Assembly: GCA_030040335.1 (NCBI GenBank)
Contig: JASHTX010000059.1
Coordinates: 1 to 33,404, forward strand
DNA: 33,404 nt
DNA from: Candidatus Micrarchaeota archaeon
GTDB taxonomy: Archaea > Micrarchaeota > Micrarchaeia > Micrarchaeales > CABMGC01
Reading direction: 5' to 3'
This document shows, piece after piece, positions 24,374-33,404 of this stretch. A model generated the notes under the pieces. It worked only from the letters and a program-made list of their open reading frames with translations. It did not search any database and had not been told where the DNA came from. Position 1 is the stretch's first letter, and each line of letters begins with the position of its first letter. Both the position numbers and the translations under genes were made by a program.

Positions 24374-25858
24374 TCAGGATAGCATCTTGTTCAGCTGCGG
24401 GTACTGTTCCAGGGCGTGCTCCTGCTGGAGCTGCTGGTAGACCATGTACATTATTCCGACGGTAAGCAGCACTCCCATTCCCGTGCCTACCGCTCCTGTC
24501 AGCGTTGCGAGCGCAGCGAGCAGTGCCACGAAGATGCTGCCAAGAACCGTTATCGTGGGTATGTACTTGTTGAGTATGTTCTCCACTATTCTCGGATCCC
24601 GCCTGAATCCGGGTATCTGCCATCCAACGTCCTCCAGCTGCTCCGCAACTGTCTTCGGGTTCTGACCGGTCATCTCTATCCAGAATTTTCCGAATGCAAC
24701 AGCAAGCGCGACAAGCACGAGGGTGTATACCACTATGTGTATCCATTCTGGAACGAAGAGTATGACAGGATTGGCTGCGCTACTCCATGGAACGTAGAGT
24801 TCGCTCGTGTGGGTTGCGAGATAGGAGAAATAAGCGGAATAGCCGCCTACGCCACCGTAGGTTGTTGAGTAGGGCAGCGGGAAGGTGGGGGATATAAGGT
24901 AGACCAGCCCGCCGACCAGCGTGAGCGAAGCGGCGCCTGCTGAGGTTGGTGCCAGCTGGTAGAAGGCTATGAAATGGGCGAAATTCGCCAGCGGGCCTGT
25001 TACGTTGGCTATGAACCTCATCCAGACCGTGAGGCTGAGCTCGAACGAAGTGGCCAGTATGACCGGAAGCACGCTGACGTAAAGGAACGGTATCGGCAAC
25101 CGTCCTCCCACACCTCTCAGCTGCGAGAAGACCAGGGGCAGCTCCACCTTCATGTCATACGCGTAGATGCTGACGAGGAAGACTATTATCGCAAAGAAGA
25201 GGGGTGCGAATGCCAGTACGGCGTTGGGAATCGCTGTTGAGCCGCCTGCTTGTATCGCCTGGATTGCTTCTGCGAGCAGTATGGTGGTTGTGCCGGCAAC
25301 TATTGAATATGCGACTCCGCCGGCTATGAATAGGTTTATGCCCGACGTTATCCCATACTTTGTCATCGCCTCGTCCATGAAGACTATGAAGACTGCGCAG
25401 AGAGCCAGCTGAAGCACCACAAGGCCCGTGTAGGCAGAGGATATGATGGGAACGTAGCCTGTCACAACGAAGATGTAGGCCTCGACAACAGCTATGATCA
25501 TTGCTGCTGTTTTCTGTATGCTCTGGAACCTGCCCTTCTGCTCCGGGTCGTTCAGGTCAACGTTGATTATTCCGGTGCCCATTATCAGCTGGAGCACTAT
25601 GCTTGAAAGCACTATCGGCCCTATGCCAACCGTTATCAGGCTTCCGATCCTGGAGGCGAAGACGATGCTTATCAGCTGTATGAGCGGCTGGTTTATCGTG
25701 GACGTGCTAACACCGAAAGCCGGGGTGCTAAACATCAGGTAGTAGATGCCCATTATTACCGCGGTCCACCTCAGCTTCTCCTTGAACGAGAGTGGCGCGC
25801 TGGGCCTGCTTATCGCAGGTACATATTTCAGGAACCTGTCAAGTGAATTGAGATTCAT
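24374..25858 (-). CDS. secY: Preprotein translocase subunit SecY (archaeal)
   Basis: KEKLRWT, GSLITVGIGPIVLSSIVLQL, KYGITSGINLFIA, WQIPGFRRDPR, GTGMGVLLTVGI. Confidence 0.97.
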   Translation of the reverse strand: MNLNSLDRFLKYVPAISRPSAPLSFKEKLRWTAVIMGIYYLMFSTPAFGVSTSTINQPLIQLISIVFASRIGSLITVGIGPIVLSSIVLQLIMGTGIINVDLNDPEQKGRFQSIQKTAAMIIAVVEAYIFVVTGYVPIISSAYTGLVVLQLALCAVFIVFMDEAMTKYGITSGINLFIAGGVAYSIVAGTTTILLAEAIQAIQAGGSTAIPNAVLAFAPLFFAIIVFLVSIYAYDMKVELPLVFSQLRGVGGRLPIPFLYVSVLPVILATSFELSLTVWMRFIANVTGPLANFAHFIAFYQLAPTSAGAASLTLVGGLVYLISPTFPLPYSTTYGGVGGYSAYFSYLATHTSELYVPWSSAANPVILFVPEWIHIVVYTLVLVALAVAFGKFWIEMTGQNPKTVAEQLEDVGWQIPGFRRDPRIVENILNKYIPTITVLGSIFVALLAALATLTGAVGTGMGVLLTVGIMYMVYQQLQQEHALEQYPQLNKMLS

Positions 25859-25878
25859 TTTGCACCCGCTGGGCTAGA

Positions 25879-26880
25879 TCATTCCTCTGATACTTGCATT
25901 CTGACAATATAAATCCCTTTGCTGTCAGTATCTCTCTTGACTTTCACATTCCTCCCGAAGGCGCCCTTGAACATTCCGGAGAGCAGGGCTGTGGAGAGAT
26001 CTACGAAGCGGCTCACAGATGTAGTGGTATTGTAAGCCAGCCTTACGACCGCGCTGCCGTTCTTCCCATCGGTGACCTTCACACCATCTATACCCAGAAA
26101 ATCCGATGCCTTTTTGACCATGAACGCAAAGTTGTGCGCTTTCTGTGAAGCGACCAGCATCTTGCCTGAGAGGTAAAGGAACTTCGATGCCTCTCCGAGC
26201 ATCGGCTCTGAAAGCAGGGGCCTGATCGCGAGCATATAGTAGGCGCTTTCGCCTTTCCGGGCTTCTGCGTTCCTGATTCCCAGGTCAAGGGCTCTTACTA
26301 TGCTGACCATATCAAGGCTTGAGGAGTCCTGGGGGTTGAAGCTTTCGCCGCCAACTGCCACGAACTGGCATGCCCTCGCGCCGTTGAAAACGCACGCAAC
26401 CTCGCTTGCAGTGACTGTGGATTTTGAGTGCGCAGAGAGAAACCCTGCTATGACTCCGGCTTCAAAAGTGTGGGTGTTGATTCCGAGGTTGACGGATTTG
26501 GCCTTTATCCTGTATGATGCAAACATGCTCCTTGTCTCGAATGGGTAGTATGAGACCTTCCCGAGCCCAGCGTTCTCGAGTATGTGCTCAAGCGAACCTA
26601 TGGTACCGTCGGAGCATGCGAACGCGTCTGAACCAAGCTTGAATCCTGACCTGAAAGCCAGGGTCTGAAGTTCCGGGGCTACGTTGTAGAGCAGATCCTG
26701 AAGCTGAAGATGCCTCTCGGGCGCCTTGGCGGGCGGCTCTGTTATCTTTTTCAGCAGAAATTCCTCCCTTCCCGATGCAACTGGCGCATCTTCCTTCTTT
26801 GCGACAGATTTCTTCCTAACCGTTCCCTTCTTTGCAGGCATCGCCTTTCTCATCTTCCTGACTTTCTTTTTCATGCACAA
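25879..26880 (-). CDS. V4R (4-vinyl reductase-like) domain protein with Lys-rich N-terminus
   Basis: LENAGLG...HTFEAGVIAGFLS...SEVACVFNGARACQF is a V4R signature; a second degenerate copy may follow. Confidence 0.7.
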   Translation of the reverse strand: MCMKKKVRKMRKAMPAKKGTVRKKSVAKKEDAPVASGREEFLLKKITEPPAKAPERHLQLQDLLYNVAPELQTLAFRSGFKLGSDAFACSDGTIGSLEHILENAGLGKVSYYPFETRSMFASYRIKAKSVNLGINTHTFEAGVIAGFLSAHSKSTVTASEVACVFNGARACQFVAVGGESFNPQDSSSLDMVSIVRALDLGIRNAEARKGESAYYMLAIRPLLSEPMLGEASKFLYLSGKMLVASQKAHNFAFMVKKASDFLGIDGVKVTDGKNGSAVVRLAYNTTTSVSRFVDLSTALLSGMFKGAFGRNVKVKRDTDSKGIYIVRMQVSEE

Positions 26881-26883
26881 ACA

Positions 26884-27402
26884 CTAGCGCTTCCTTTTGT
26901 GTACACCGCCTATACGAGTTATCCTTCCAAGCTGATAGTATATAAATATTAGATTCAGGGCTATGAAAAGCACAAGGAGCCAGTTCTGGTAATCCCCAAC
27001 GAATGAGATTGCATCGCTGACAGCGAGCGTCCCGAAGCCTATCGCGTACATGACCGACGCAAGTATCGGGGCGTAGCAGCTGCAGCCGATTACAAGGCCG
27101 GTCAGCGATGAGGTGATAATGCTGAGTATTCCGCCCTCTGCGCCGGCGTACTTGGCGCGAAGCGATTTGGCTATTGCATATATGCTCGTTGTCATCAGCA
27201 CCGCGGCGCTGAGTATCAGCGCGTAGATCAGGTAAACCGGAGCCGTGATGAAGAAGACATCCTTGTTGCTGATCAGTACAAGGTACTTGAAGAGTTCATA
27301 GTATGCGATTGCAGCAACTATGGTGATGAGTATGTACAGGGGAGATGAGAAGACGCTCTTGAGGACGTGGATCCTGTGAGGTCGCTCGGCCGTGACCGGC
27401 AT
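26884..27402 (-). CDS. Membrane protein with GCSC motif
   Basis: About 4 hydrophobic helices; VIGCSCYAPILAS. Confidence 0.75.
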   Translation of the reverse strand: MPVTAERPHRIHVLKSVFSSPLYILITIVAAIAYYELFKYLVLISNKDVFFITAPVYLIYALILSAAVLMTTSIYAIAKSLRAKYAGAEGGILSIITSSLTGLVIGCSCYAPILASVMYAIGFGTLAVSDAISFVGDYQNWLLVLFIALNLIFIYYQLGRITRIGGVHKRKR

Positions 27403-28485
27403 CTAAAGACCCGCTGAGGTTTCTATCTTCTGGATCGCCGGCAGGGAGCAGACTGGCGCGGTGTTGTTGAGCGTCTGGCAGACCATGGCAACGTAGAAGT
27501 CTGCGGCAGCGTATTCGCTCCATGCAAACTGGTCGTTCGGGTCTGCGAGCTGGCTGAGCAGTTCTCCGTGCGTCCACTGGCTCATCTGGAGCGTGCTGTT
27601 GCTTGGCGGTGCATCGCCGAAAACTACTGCGTCAGCACCGGGCACTTCATAGGCGCCCCATATCGTAAACGGCGTTCCCTGGAAGCCCTGCGTGCTGATA
27701 ACATAATCCATTGCGTCCTCGTAGGCGAGGTTGCCTGTGGCGTTTACCCGCTGCTGCATTGTTGAAATCGGGTTGAGGTCGAAGCCTCCTGTTATTGGAT
27801 TTCCGTCTTCAATCGCGAGGAAGTTGATGTAATTGCTGTTGTAGAAGTCCCCGGCTACGGTGGCCGATTCGTTGTAGTGCGCCGGAGCCCAGTATATTGT
27901 GGGCAGGTCTGCGTCTCCGAATGAGCTGTAGCCTATGAAAATGTTGGAGAAGTTCCCAAACCTTGAGAGCGCCAGTGCCATGGCCCACCTGTTTTCGCCG
28001 CAGTACACGCAGGTGATCGAGCCAAGGTATATGACCGTGGGCTTGCCGTTTAGGATAAAGAGAGGTAGTTTGCTTGGAGTTGTGCCAACGTTGTTCGCCA
28101 GAGAGTGATTGAGGTACATCTCCCCTGCAGTCTCATAGTAGGAATCTGGCGCGTTGTTTATGATGCTGAGCGCGCTTGCGTTGAAAGGAGAGTCGATGCC
28201 AGTAAGCCTGTGCCCGAAGGACTCGTTCGCCGTCACTACCGGCGAGTCGCTGTATGACGTGGCTGGCACCAGTATCTGGCTCGTTATGTTGTAGCCCATC
28301 ACGTTGGGGCCGCTGGGAGTTGTGACATTCTTGTATACGGTGACGTTCCTTGTCACGTTCCTTGTTATGTATACGACCTTGCCCTGTGCGGTTGCGAGCG
28401 CGTAGGAAAGTATCGCTATCGCGACTATGCAGACAAGCAGCGCGACAACCAGAAGCGTGTTGGTGGAGTTGGTGTATCTTTCCAT
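27403..28485 (-). CDS. DUF929-family secreted thioredoxin-like protein
   Basis: N-terminal TM; NGKPTVIYLGSITCVYCGENRWAMALALSRFGNFS (CxxC) typical of DUF929. Confidence 0.8.
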   Translation of the reverse strand: MERYTNSTNTLLVVALLVCIVAIAILSYALATAQGKVVYITRNVTRNVTVYKNVTTPSGPNVMGYNITSQILVPATSYSDSPVVTANESFGHRLTGIDSPFNASALSIINNAPDSYYETAGEMYLNHSLANNVGTTPSKLPLFILNGKPTVIYLGSITCVYCGENRWAMALALSRFGNFSNIFIGYSSFGDADLPTIYWAPAHYNESATVAGDFYNSNYINFLAIEDGNPITGGFDLNPISTMQQRVNATGNLAYEDAMDYVISTQGFQGTPFTIWGAYEVPGADAVVFGDAPPSNSTLQMSQWTHGELLSQLADPNDQFAWSEYAAADFYVAMVCQTLNNTAPVCSLPAIQKIETSAGL

Positions 28486-28624
28486 AGAAACTTCTGACTC
28501 TTGTGGTTAGTGAAGTTATTGGGAGGATAAGTATATAAAAGGTAAGTGAAACGTGAGGAGGCTATCTGGAAATGAATAAAAGAGAAGATGTATTAAAGAT
28601 TATGGTGAGAGCACGTCACAGTAC

Positions 28625-29386
28625 ATGGCGATGGAGATAGAGAGGCAGCAGATAGCAACGCGCCTGGAGTTTATTGATGCCCATTGTCACCTGAACCTGC
28701 TCGACAACCTCACCCTGGAGGAAGCTCTGGCAGACGCAAGAAACAGAGGAGTAAGCACAGTGATAACATCAGGAGGCAGTGCCAAGGACAATTTCGAGAG
28801 CGCGAGACTGGCAGAGAAGGAGCATGTATTTGCAGTGGTTGGCATAGGGCCAGACTTTGCAGCAACAGATTCTGCTTACGCAGTAGAGGTGCCGGGCCTG
28901 ATAAGGAGCAGCAAGAAGATCGTCGGTATTGGGGAGATAGGAATGGATGCAAAAGTGGCTGATAAGAACTCGCTCGCAATACAGAAGGAGGTCTTCTCGC
29001 AGCAGCTGAAGGTCGCGAAGGAACTCGACATGCCCGTAGTCATACACTCGAGGGGAATGCTGGGCGAGGTCGCATCCATGCTGATAGACATGCAAATCAA
29101 ACGCGTAATGTTCCACTTCTTTGAGGGAGACGAGAAGCAGGCGGTCGAGCTCGCAAGCAGGGGCTATCTCATATCGATCCCTCCGGCGCAAACAGAGAAG
29201 AGGAAAAGGGTTATAAAGGAAGTAAACCTTAAGAGTATCGTAGCCGAGACAGACTCACCGGTCGTTGGGAAAACGCCTGCTGATGTGATAGGCGTCTGCG
29301 AAACGATCGCGCAGGTGAAGGGAGTTTCGCTGGAGGAAGTCGCGGCGCAGACAACAGAAAACATAAGAAGACTGTTTTACATATGA
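28625..29386 (+). CDS. tatD: TatD family deoxyribonuclease
   Basis: IDAHCHL, GIGEIGMD, PVVIHSR, FHFFEG, ETDSP. Confidence 0.92.
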   Translation: MAMEIERQQIATRLEFIDAHCHLNLLDNLTLEEALADARNRGVSTVITSGGSAKDNFESARLAEKEHVFAVVGIGPDFAATDSAYAVEVPGLIRSSKKIVGIGEIGMDAKVADKNSLAIQKEVFSQQLKVAKELDMPVVIHSRGMLGEVASMLIDMQIKRVMFHFFEGDEKQAVELASRGYLISIPPAQTEKRKRVIKEVNLKSIVAETDSPVVGKTPADVIGVCETIAQVKGVSLEEVAAQTTENIRRLFYI

Positions 29387-29396
29387 CTATCCGAGC

Positions 29397-29471
29397 GGGC
29401 TCGTAGCTCAGCTTGGATAGAGCAACAGCCTTCTAAGCTGAAGGTCGCGGGTTCAAATCCCGCCGGGCCCG
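29397..29471 (+). tRNA. tRNA-Arg (anticodon TCT), no intron, CCA not encoded
   Basis: Acceptor GGGCTCG/CGGGCCC, D stem GCTC/GAGC, anticodon loop CTTCTAA, T arm GCGGG-TTCAAAT-CCCGC, discriminator G. Confidence 0.95.
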
Positions 29472-29482
29472 TTGGTGATTTC

Positions 29483-29752
29483 ATGAAGGACGATGCGAAA
29501 CACGAGGAAACGATCACGCAGATAAAGCAGCAGATAGACATACTGCTGAACGACAACAGCGTACCAAGGAATGTGAAGGCCGCACTCGAAGACGCGAAGA
29601 AGGCTCTGCAGCAGGAGGGCAATGATTACTCGGTGAAGTCATCGACAGCGACCTACAAGATCGATGAGATAAGCAACGACATCAACCTTCCGCCCTACGC
29701 AAGGACCGTGATCTGGAACATACTCAGCCTGCTGGAATCGGTGAAGGACTAA
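29483..29752 (+). CDS. UPF0147 family protein
   Basis: NDNSVPRNVK..., DEISNDINLPPYARTVIWNILSLLESV. Confidence 0.9.
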   Translation: MKDDAKHEETITQIKQQIDILLNDNSVPRNVKAALEDAKKALQQEGNDYSVKSSTATYKIDEISNDINLPPYARTVIWNILSLLESVKD

Positions 29753-29852
29753 ATTTCCTCTTTTCTTTTATCTGATTGCACGTGGGTGCGCATACAGCTT
29801 TAAATAAGACCTAAGAGAAAGTAACCTACTACTTGTATGGGGGCGAATTCTC

Positions 29853-31364
29853 ATGGCGAAAGACACTCTGATGGAGCTTGTGAACAGACTGAGCGGCAAG
29901 GTAATCATAAGCTCTGAGATCACCGATTCTGACGTTGAGAATATAGACACAGAGTCGCTCGTCGCCAACATAATAGAGAAGTTTGAGAAGTCTCCGGGAA
30001 CTATACTCGGGAAGAAGGAGCTTGCAGAAGTTATCGCAGGGCTCAGGGAGAAGAAGGAACCGGTGCAGATAGAGATAATCAGATCTGCTGATTTTAAGCC
30101 TGAAGCGAAGGAGATGGAGTCGAGCTACAGGATAAGGAATGCAAGAGTTGACAGGACATCTTCGAACGTGACAGACTTCGTGGATTACTTCCAGGACCGC
30201 TTCAGGAAGCTAAAGGCGATGGTCAGCACGTACGGCAACGGCTTCGGAGGCATGGTCAACACAATCGAGAGCGTAAACCAGTACATGACCGGCAGGGAGA
30301 TATCAATAGTAGGAATGGTCTACGACAAACTTGTTACAAGGAAGGGCGATCTTCTTGTGCTGCTTGAGGATGAGACCGGTATTGCAAAAGTATTCTTCTC
30401 AAGGCCGGGGAGGGTGGCAGGGGATCATGCAGGCGAGCTCTTTGACTCGGCAATGAAACTGGTAAAGGACGATGTTGTAGCAGTAAGGGGCAAGGTCTCG
30501 AATTCCAAATTCATAATCGCAAACAGGTTGCTCTGGCCCGACGTTCCGATGCATATGCAGAAGAAATGCGAGGAAGATGTTGCGATCGCGCTGGTCTCCG
30601 ATACCCACGTGGGCCACAAACTTTTCATGGAGAAGCAATTCGGCAAGTTCCTGGAGTGGCTGAATGGGGGTGTGGAAAAGAGGAAGGACCTTGCAAAGAA
30701 GATAAAATATGTTGTGATCGCAGGTGACCTAGTAGACGGGATCGGAGTTTATCCTGAGCAGGAGAGAGAACTGGCGATAGACGACGTTTACAAGCAGTAT
30801 GCAGTATTCTTCGATTTCATAAAGAACATACCAGATTACATAGAGGTTTTCCTTGCGCCGGGCAACCATGACGCGGTGCAGAGGGCCGAGCCGCAGCCGC
30901 AGGTCGGCAACGGCTTCCTCAAGGATTTCAAGCAGAAGAACGTGCACCTGATAACTAATCCTTCATTCCTAACGCTCCAGGGAGTGAAGCTGCTGGAGTA
31001 TCATGGAACTTCACTTGACTCGGTCATTAGGAATGTACAGGGCTGCAGCTATGCCGCCCCAGCAAAGGCCATGAAAGAGATACTAAAACGCAGGCATCTC
31101 TCGCCGATATACGGTGGAAACGTGGTCGTGCCCAGCAAGAACGACTCGCTTGTCATAGACGAAGTTCCTGACATACTTCACATGGGCCACATACACAAGA
31201 ATGGTTATGACGTTTACCATGGAGTGGAGATAATAAACAGCGGCTGCTGGCAGCTCCAGACCGGCTTCCAGTTAAAGCAGGGCCACATACCTTCCCCATG
31301 CATGCTGCCCGTTTACGAGGCGAAGACGATGAAGATGAGCCTCGTTGATTTCAACAACCTGTAG
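29853..31364 (+). CDS. polB: DNA polymerase D small subunit DP1
   Basis: OB fold plus calcineurin-like phosphoesterase: SDTHVG, AGDLVDGIGVYPEQ, PGNHD, YHGTSLD, RRHLSPIYG, GHIH. Confidence 0.95.
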   Translation: MAKDTLMELVNRLSGKVIISSEITDSDVENIDTESLVANIIEKFEKSPGTILGKKELAEVIAGLREKKEPVQIEIIRSADFKPEAKEMESSYRIRNARVDRTSSNVTDFVDYFQDRFRKLKAMVSTYGNGFGGMVNTIESVNQYMTGREISIVGMVYDKLVTRKGDLLVLLEDETGIAKVFFSRPGRVAGDHAGELFDSAMKLVKDDVVAVRGKVSNSKFIIANRLLWPDVPMHMQKKCEEDVAIALVSDTHVGHKLFMEKQFGKFLEWLNGGVEKRKDLAKKIKYVVIAGDLVDGIGVYPEQERELAIDDVYKQYAVFFDFIKNIPDYIEVFLAPGNHDAVQRAEPQPQVGNGFLKDFKQKNVHLITNPSFLTLQGVKLLEYHGTSLDSVIRNVQGCSYAAPAKAMKEILKRRHLSPIYGGNVVVPSKNDSLVIDEVPDILHMGHIHKNGYDVYHGVEIINSGCWQLQTGFQLKQGHIPSPCMLPVYEAKTMKMSLVDFNNL

Positions 31365-31371
31365 GAATTCT

Positions 31372-33404
31372 ATGGACACAAATACCTATTTCGAAACTCT
31401 GGAGAAAGGCTTCAAGGAAGCATATGCAATAGCCAGTGAAGCCAAGACACGCGGATTCGACCCCAGGGCGTATGTGGAGATAAACGCAGCTCCTGACATA
31501 GCCGGAAGAGTCGAGGCACTGATGGGAGTTAAGGGCCTGGCCGACCTGATAAGGAAGACGCAGGAAGGCATGTCGCGCAACGAACTCGCTTTTGAGATGG
31601 TTAAGGAGATTTGTACTGACCAGATGTTCGCGAACTACGAGACCATAAAGAGGATTGAACTTGCGGTCAAGGTAGGACTGGCGATAATGACAGAAGGCAT
31701 ACTCGTGGCTCCAACCGAAGGCTTGCAGAGCGTAAGCCACTACAGGAACAGGGATAACACAGATTACATATCAGTTTCGTATGCAGGTCCGATAAGGAGC
31801 GCGGGAGGCACTGCTGTCGCGCTCTCTGTTGCACTCGCAGATTACGCCAGGAAGTTCTTCAATGTCGGTGAATACAAGGCAACGCAAGATGAAGTTGAGA
31901 GATTCGTGGAGGAAGTTGAGATTTATCATGCAAGGGTCGTGAGGCTGCAGTACAAGCCGAACAACGACGATCTGAGGAAGATAGTGGAGAATTGTCCAGT
32001 ATGCGTTGAGGGTGTGCCGACAGAGGACATAGAAGTGAGCGTGCACGCGAACCTCTCGAGGAAAGGTTTTGATATGAAAGACCGCCCCATACCCAACAGG
32101 ATACGGGGAGGCGTGCCTCTGGTTCTGAGCAGCATTGCCCAGAAGGCCAAGAGCGTCTCCAAGGAGGTGAAGAAAGTCAACCTGAACTGGAGCTGGCTGG
32201 ACAGCATAATAACAGTGGACAAGGTGAGGAAGCAGAACGAGAGCGACGATTCATCTGTTTTCTTGGAGGAGCTTGTTGCTGGAAGGCCAGTGCTCGCGTA
32301 TCCGAAGCACTTCGGAGGGTTCAGGCTCAGGTATGGAAGAAGCAGGACCACTGGCATAGCCGCGAAGGGATTCAGCCCAGCAACAATGATCATACTAAAC
32401 GATTTTATCGGCATTGGCACGCAGATAAAAGTGGAACTGCCTGGAAAAGGATGCGTTGCGGGACCCGTCGACTCGATAGAGGGACCTTTTGTCAGGCTCA
32501 AGTCCGGAGAAGCGTTGAGAATAAACGATGCTGAGACTGCGCAGAGACTAAGGAAGGAAGTTTCGGAGATAGTATGCCTGGGAGACATACTCATAACATA
32601 CGGCGACTTCAGAAAAACGAACACGCCACTCCAACAGAGCAGCTATGTTGAAGAATTCTGGCAGGCGCAGTTGAAGAACGCTGCAGGCGAGAAGAAAACA
32701 GACTACAACGTTGACACTTTTGAGAACGCCTACAACATTTCACTCAGGCATAAAGTACCGCTGCATCCGAACTATCTCTTTGAGTTCCAGGGAGTGAAAA
32801 TAGAGGAATTGGAACTCTTGGCAAAAGCCATCATAAACGGCAACAAGGAACTGGATTCAAGGGGGCTTTTTGAAGTGGAAAGGGTAAATCTGCACGAAGG
32901 ACCGGCCAATGCAGAGCTTAAGAGAACCTTGGAGCTGCTCACCGTTCCTCACAAGGTCGAAGGAGACAACATAGTGGTATTGAAAGACTTTGCGCAGAGC
33001 ATGCTTGCCTCTCTCGGTTTTGTTGATGCCAGTGGGAAGATTGTAAGCATAAATGACGGCACTCTTGCAAGATACAGGGAGAGCTATGAGAGCATACTGG
33101 CACTCGTCAACGTGCTCTCTCCGGTAAAGCTGATGAAGAGGTCAACTTTCATCGGAGCAAGGGTCGGAAGGCCGGAAAAGGCGAGGGAGAGACTCATGAA
33201 ACCTTCGCCAAACGTGCTCTTCCCTGTCGGCCTATATGGCGGCAGCGCGAGGAACATAACAACCGCATACGCATCTGACACAAAGAAACTTGGGAAGCAG
33301 GGAAAGAAGGTCGAGATGGCAAGATACAAGTGCAGCTCCTGCGGATTGGACCTCGATTCGCCGCACTGCTACAACTGCGATAAGCACGCTTTCATAGAAA
33401 GGGT
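31372..33404 (+). CDS. polC: DNA polymerase D large subunit DP2, N-terminal part; runs off the window edge
   Basis: Manual translation from ATG 31372: MDTNTYFETL...RGFDP, TEGILVAPTEG, YAGPIRSAGGTA, GGFRLRYGRSR, FIGARVGRPEKA, CxxC zinc finger at the edge. Confidence 0.96.
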   Translation, partial: MDTNTYFETLEKGFKEAYAIASEAKTRGFDPRAYVEINAAPDIAGRVEALMGVKGLADLIRKTQEGMSRNELAFEMVKEICTDQMFANYETIKRIELAVKVGLAIMTEGILVAPTEGLQSVSHYRNRDNTDYISVSYAGPIRSAGGTAVALSVALADYARKFFNVGEYKATQDEVERFVEEVEIYHARVVRLQYKPNNDDLRKIVENCPVCVEGVPTEDIEVSVHANLSRKGFDMKDRPIPNRIRGGVPLVLSSIAQKAKSVSKEVKKVNLNWSWLDSIITVDKVRKQNESDDSSVFLEELVAGRPVLAYPKHFGGFRLRYGRSRTTGIAAKGFSPATMIILNDFIGIGTQIKVELPGKGCVAGPVDSIEGPFVRLKSGEALRINDAETAQRLRKEVSEIVCLGDILITYGDFRKTNTPLQQSSYVEEFWQAQLKNAAGEKKTDYNVDTFENAYNISLRHKVPLHPNYLFEFQGVKIEELELLAKAIINGNKELDSRGLFEVERVNLHEGPANAELKRTLELLTVPHKVEGDNIVVLKDFAQSMLASLGFVDASGKIVSINDGTLARYRESYESILALVNVLSPVKLMKRSTFIGARVGRPEKARERLMKPSPNVLFPVGLYGGSARNITTAYASDTKKLGKQGKKVEMARYKCSSCGLDLDSPHCYNCDKHAFIER

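Noticed and set aside
28340-28370. Short tandem repeat ACGTTCCTTGT in the DUF929 gene
   Set aside because: Encodes TRNV-TRNV stalk sequons; ordinary coding duplication
31351-33329. Several minus-strand ORFs listed in the track
   Set aside because: Shadows of the + strand DP2 gene, which the track omits because it has no stop in the window
1-33404. CRISPR array, integrase/transposase, or att duplication of the tRNA 3' end
   Set aside because: No regularly spaced repeats, recombinase motifs or second copy of the tRNA end seen by eye

Overview
Archaeal genomic window, most likely DPANN/Micrarchaeota-like. This is inferred from the PolD DP1/DP2 genes, archaeal-type SecY, UPF0147, DUF929, QxSxE-type pilins and TATA-box promoters. 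Housekeeping blocks are eno (partial)/ppdK at the left and lemA-htpX, prs, secY, tatD, tRNA-Arg(TCT), UPF0147 and polD small and large (partial) subunits at the right. They surround an accessory region at about 3.3-20.4 kb. The most interesting part is 3.3-8.4 kb, where two paralogous double-length Lrp/AsnC regulators sit with two GNAT acetyltransferases and an EamA/DMT transporter whose C-terminus looks like the GAD insertion domain of GatE/AspRS. The same locus has three TATA-preceded structured non-coding elements whose first simple hairpin carries AATCT at the apex. Also notable are an adjacent pair of rearranged TFB-like genes (cyclin repeats without Zn ribbon; Zn ribbon plus one cyclin repeat), a HerA-like ATPase fused to a PD-(D/E)xK-like domain, a vapBC module with a perfect 22-bp triple-TACGTA palindrome, and a five-gene pilin-like cluster including two small ORFs missing from the ORF track. 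All family calls are by eye from motifs; no searches were run.
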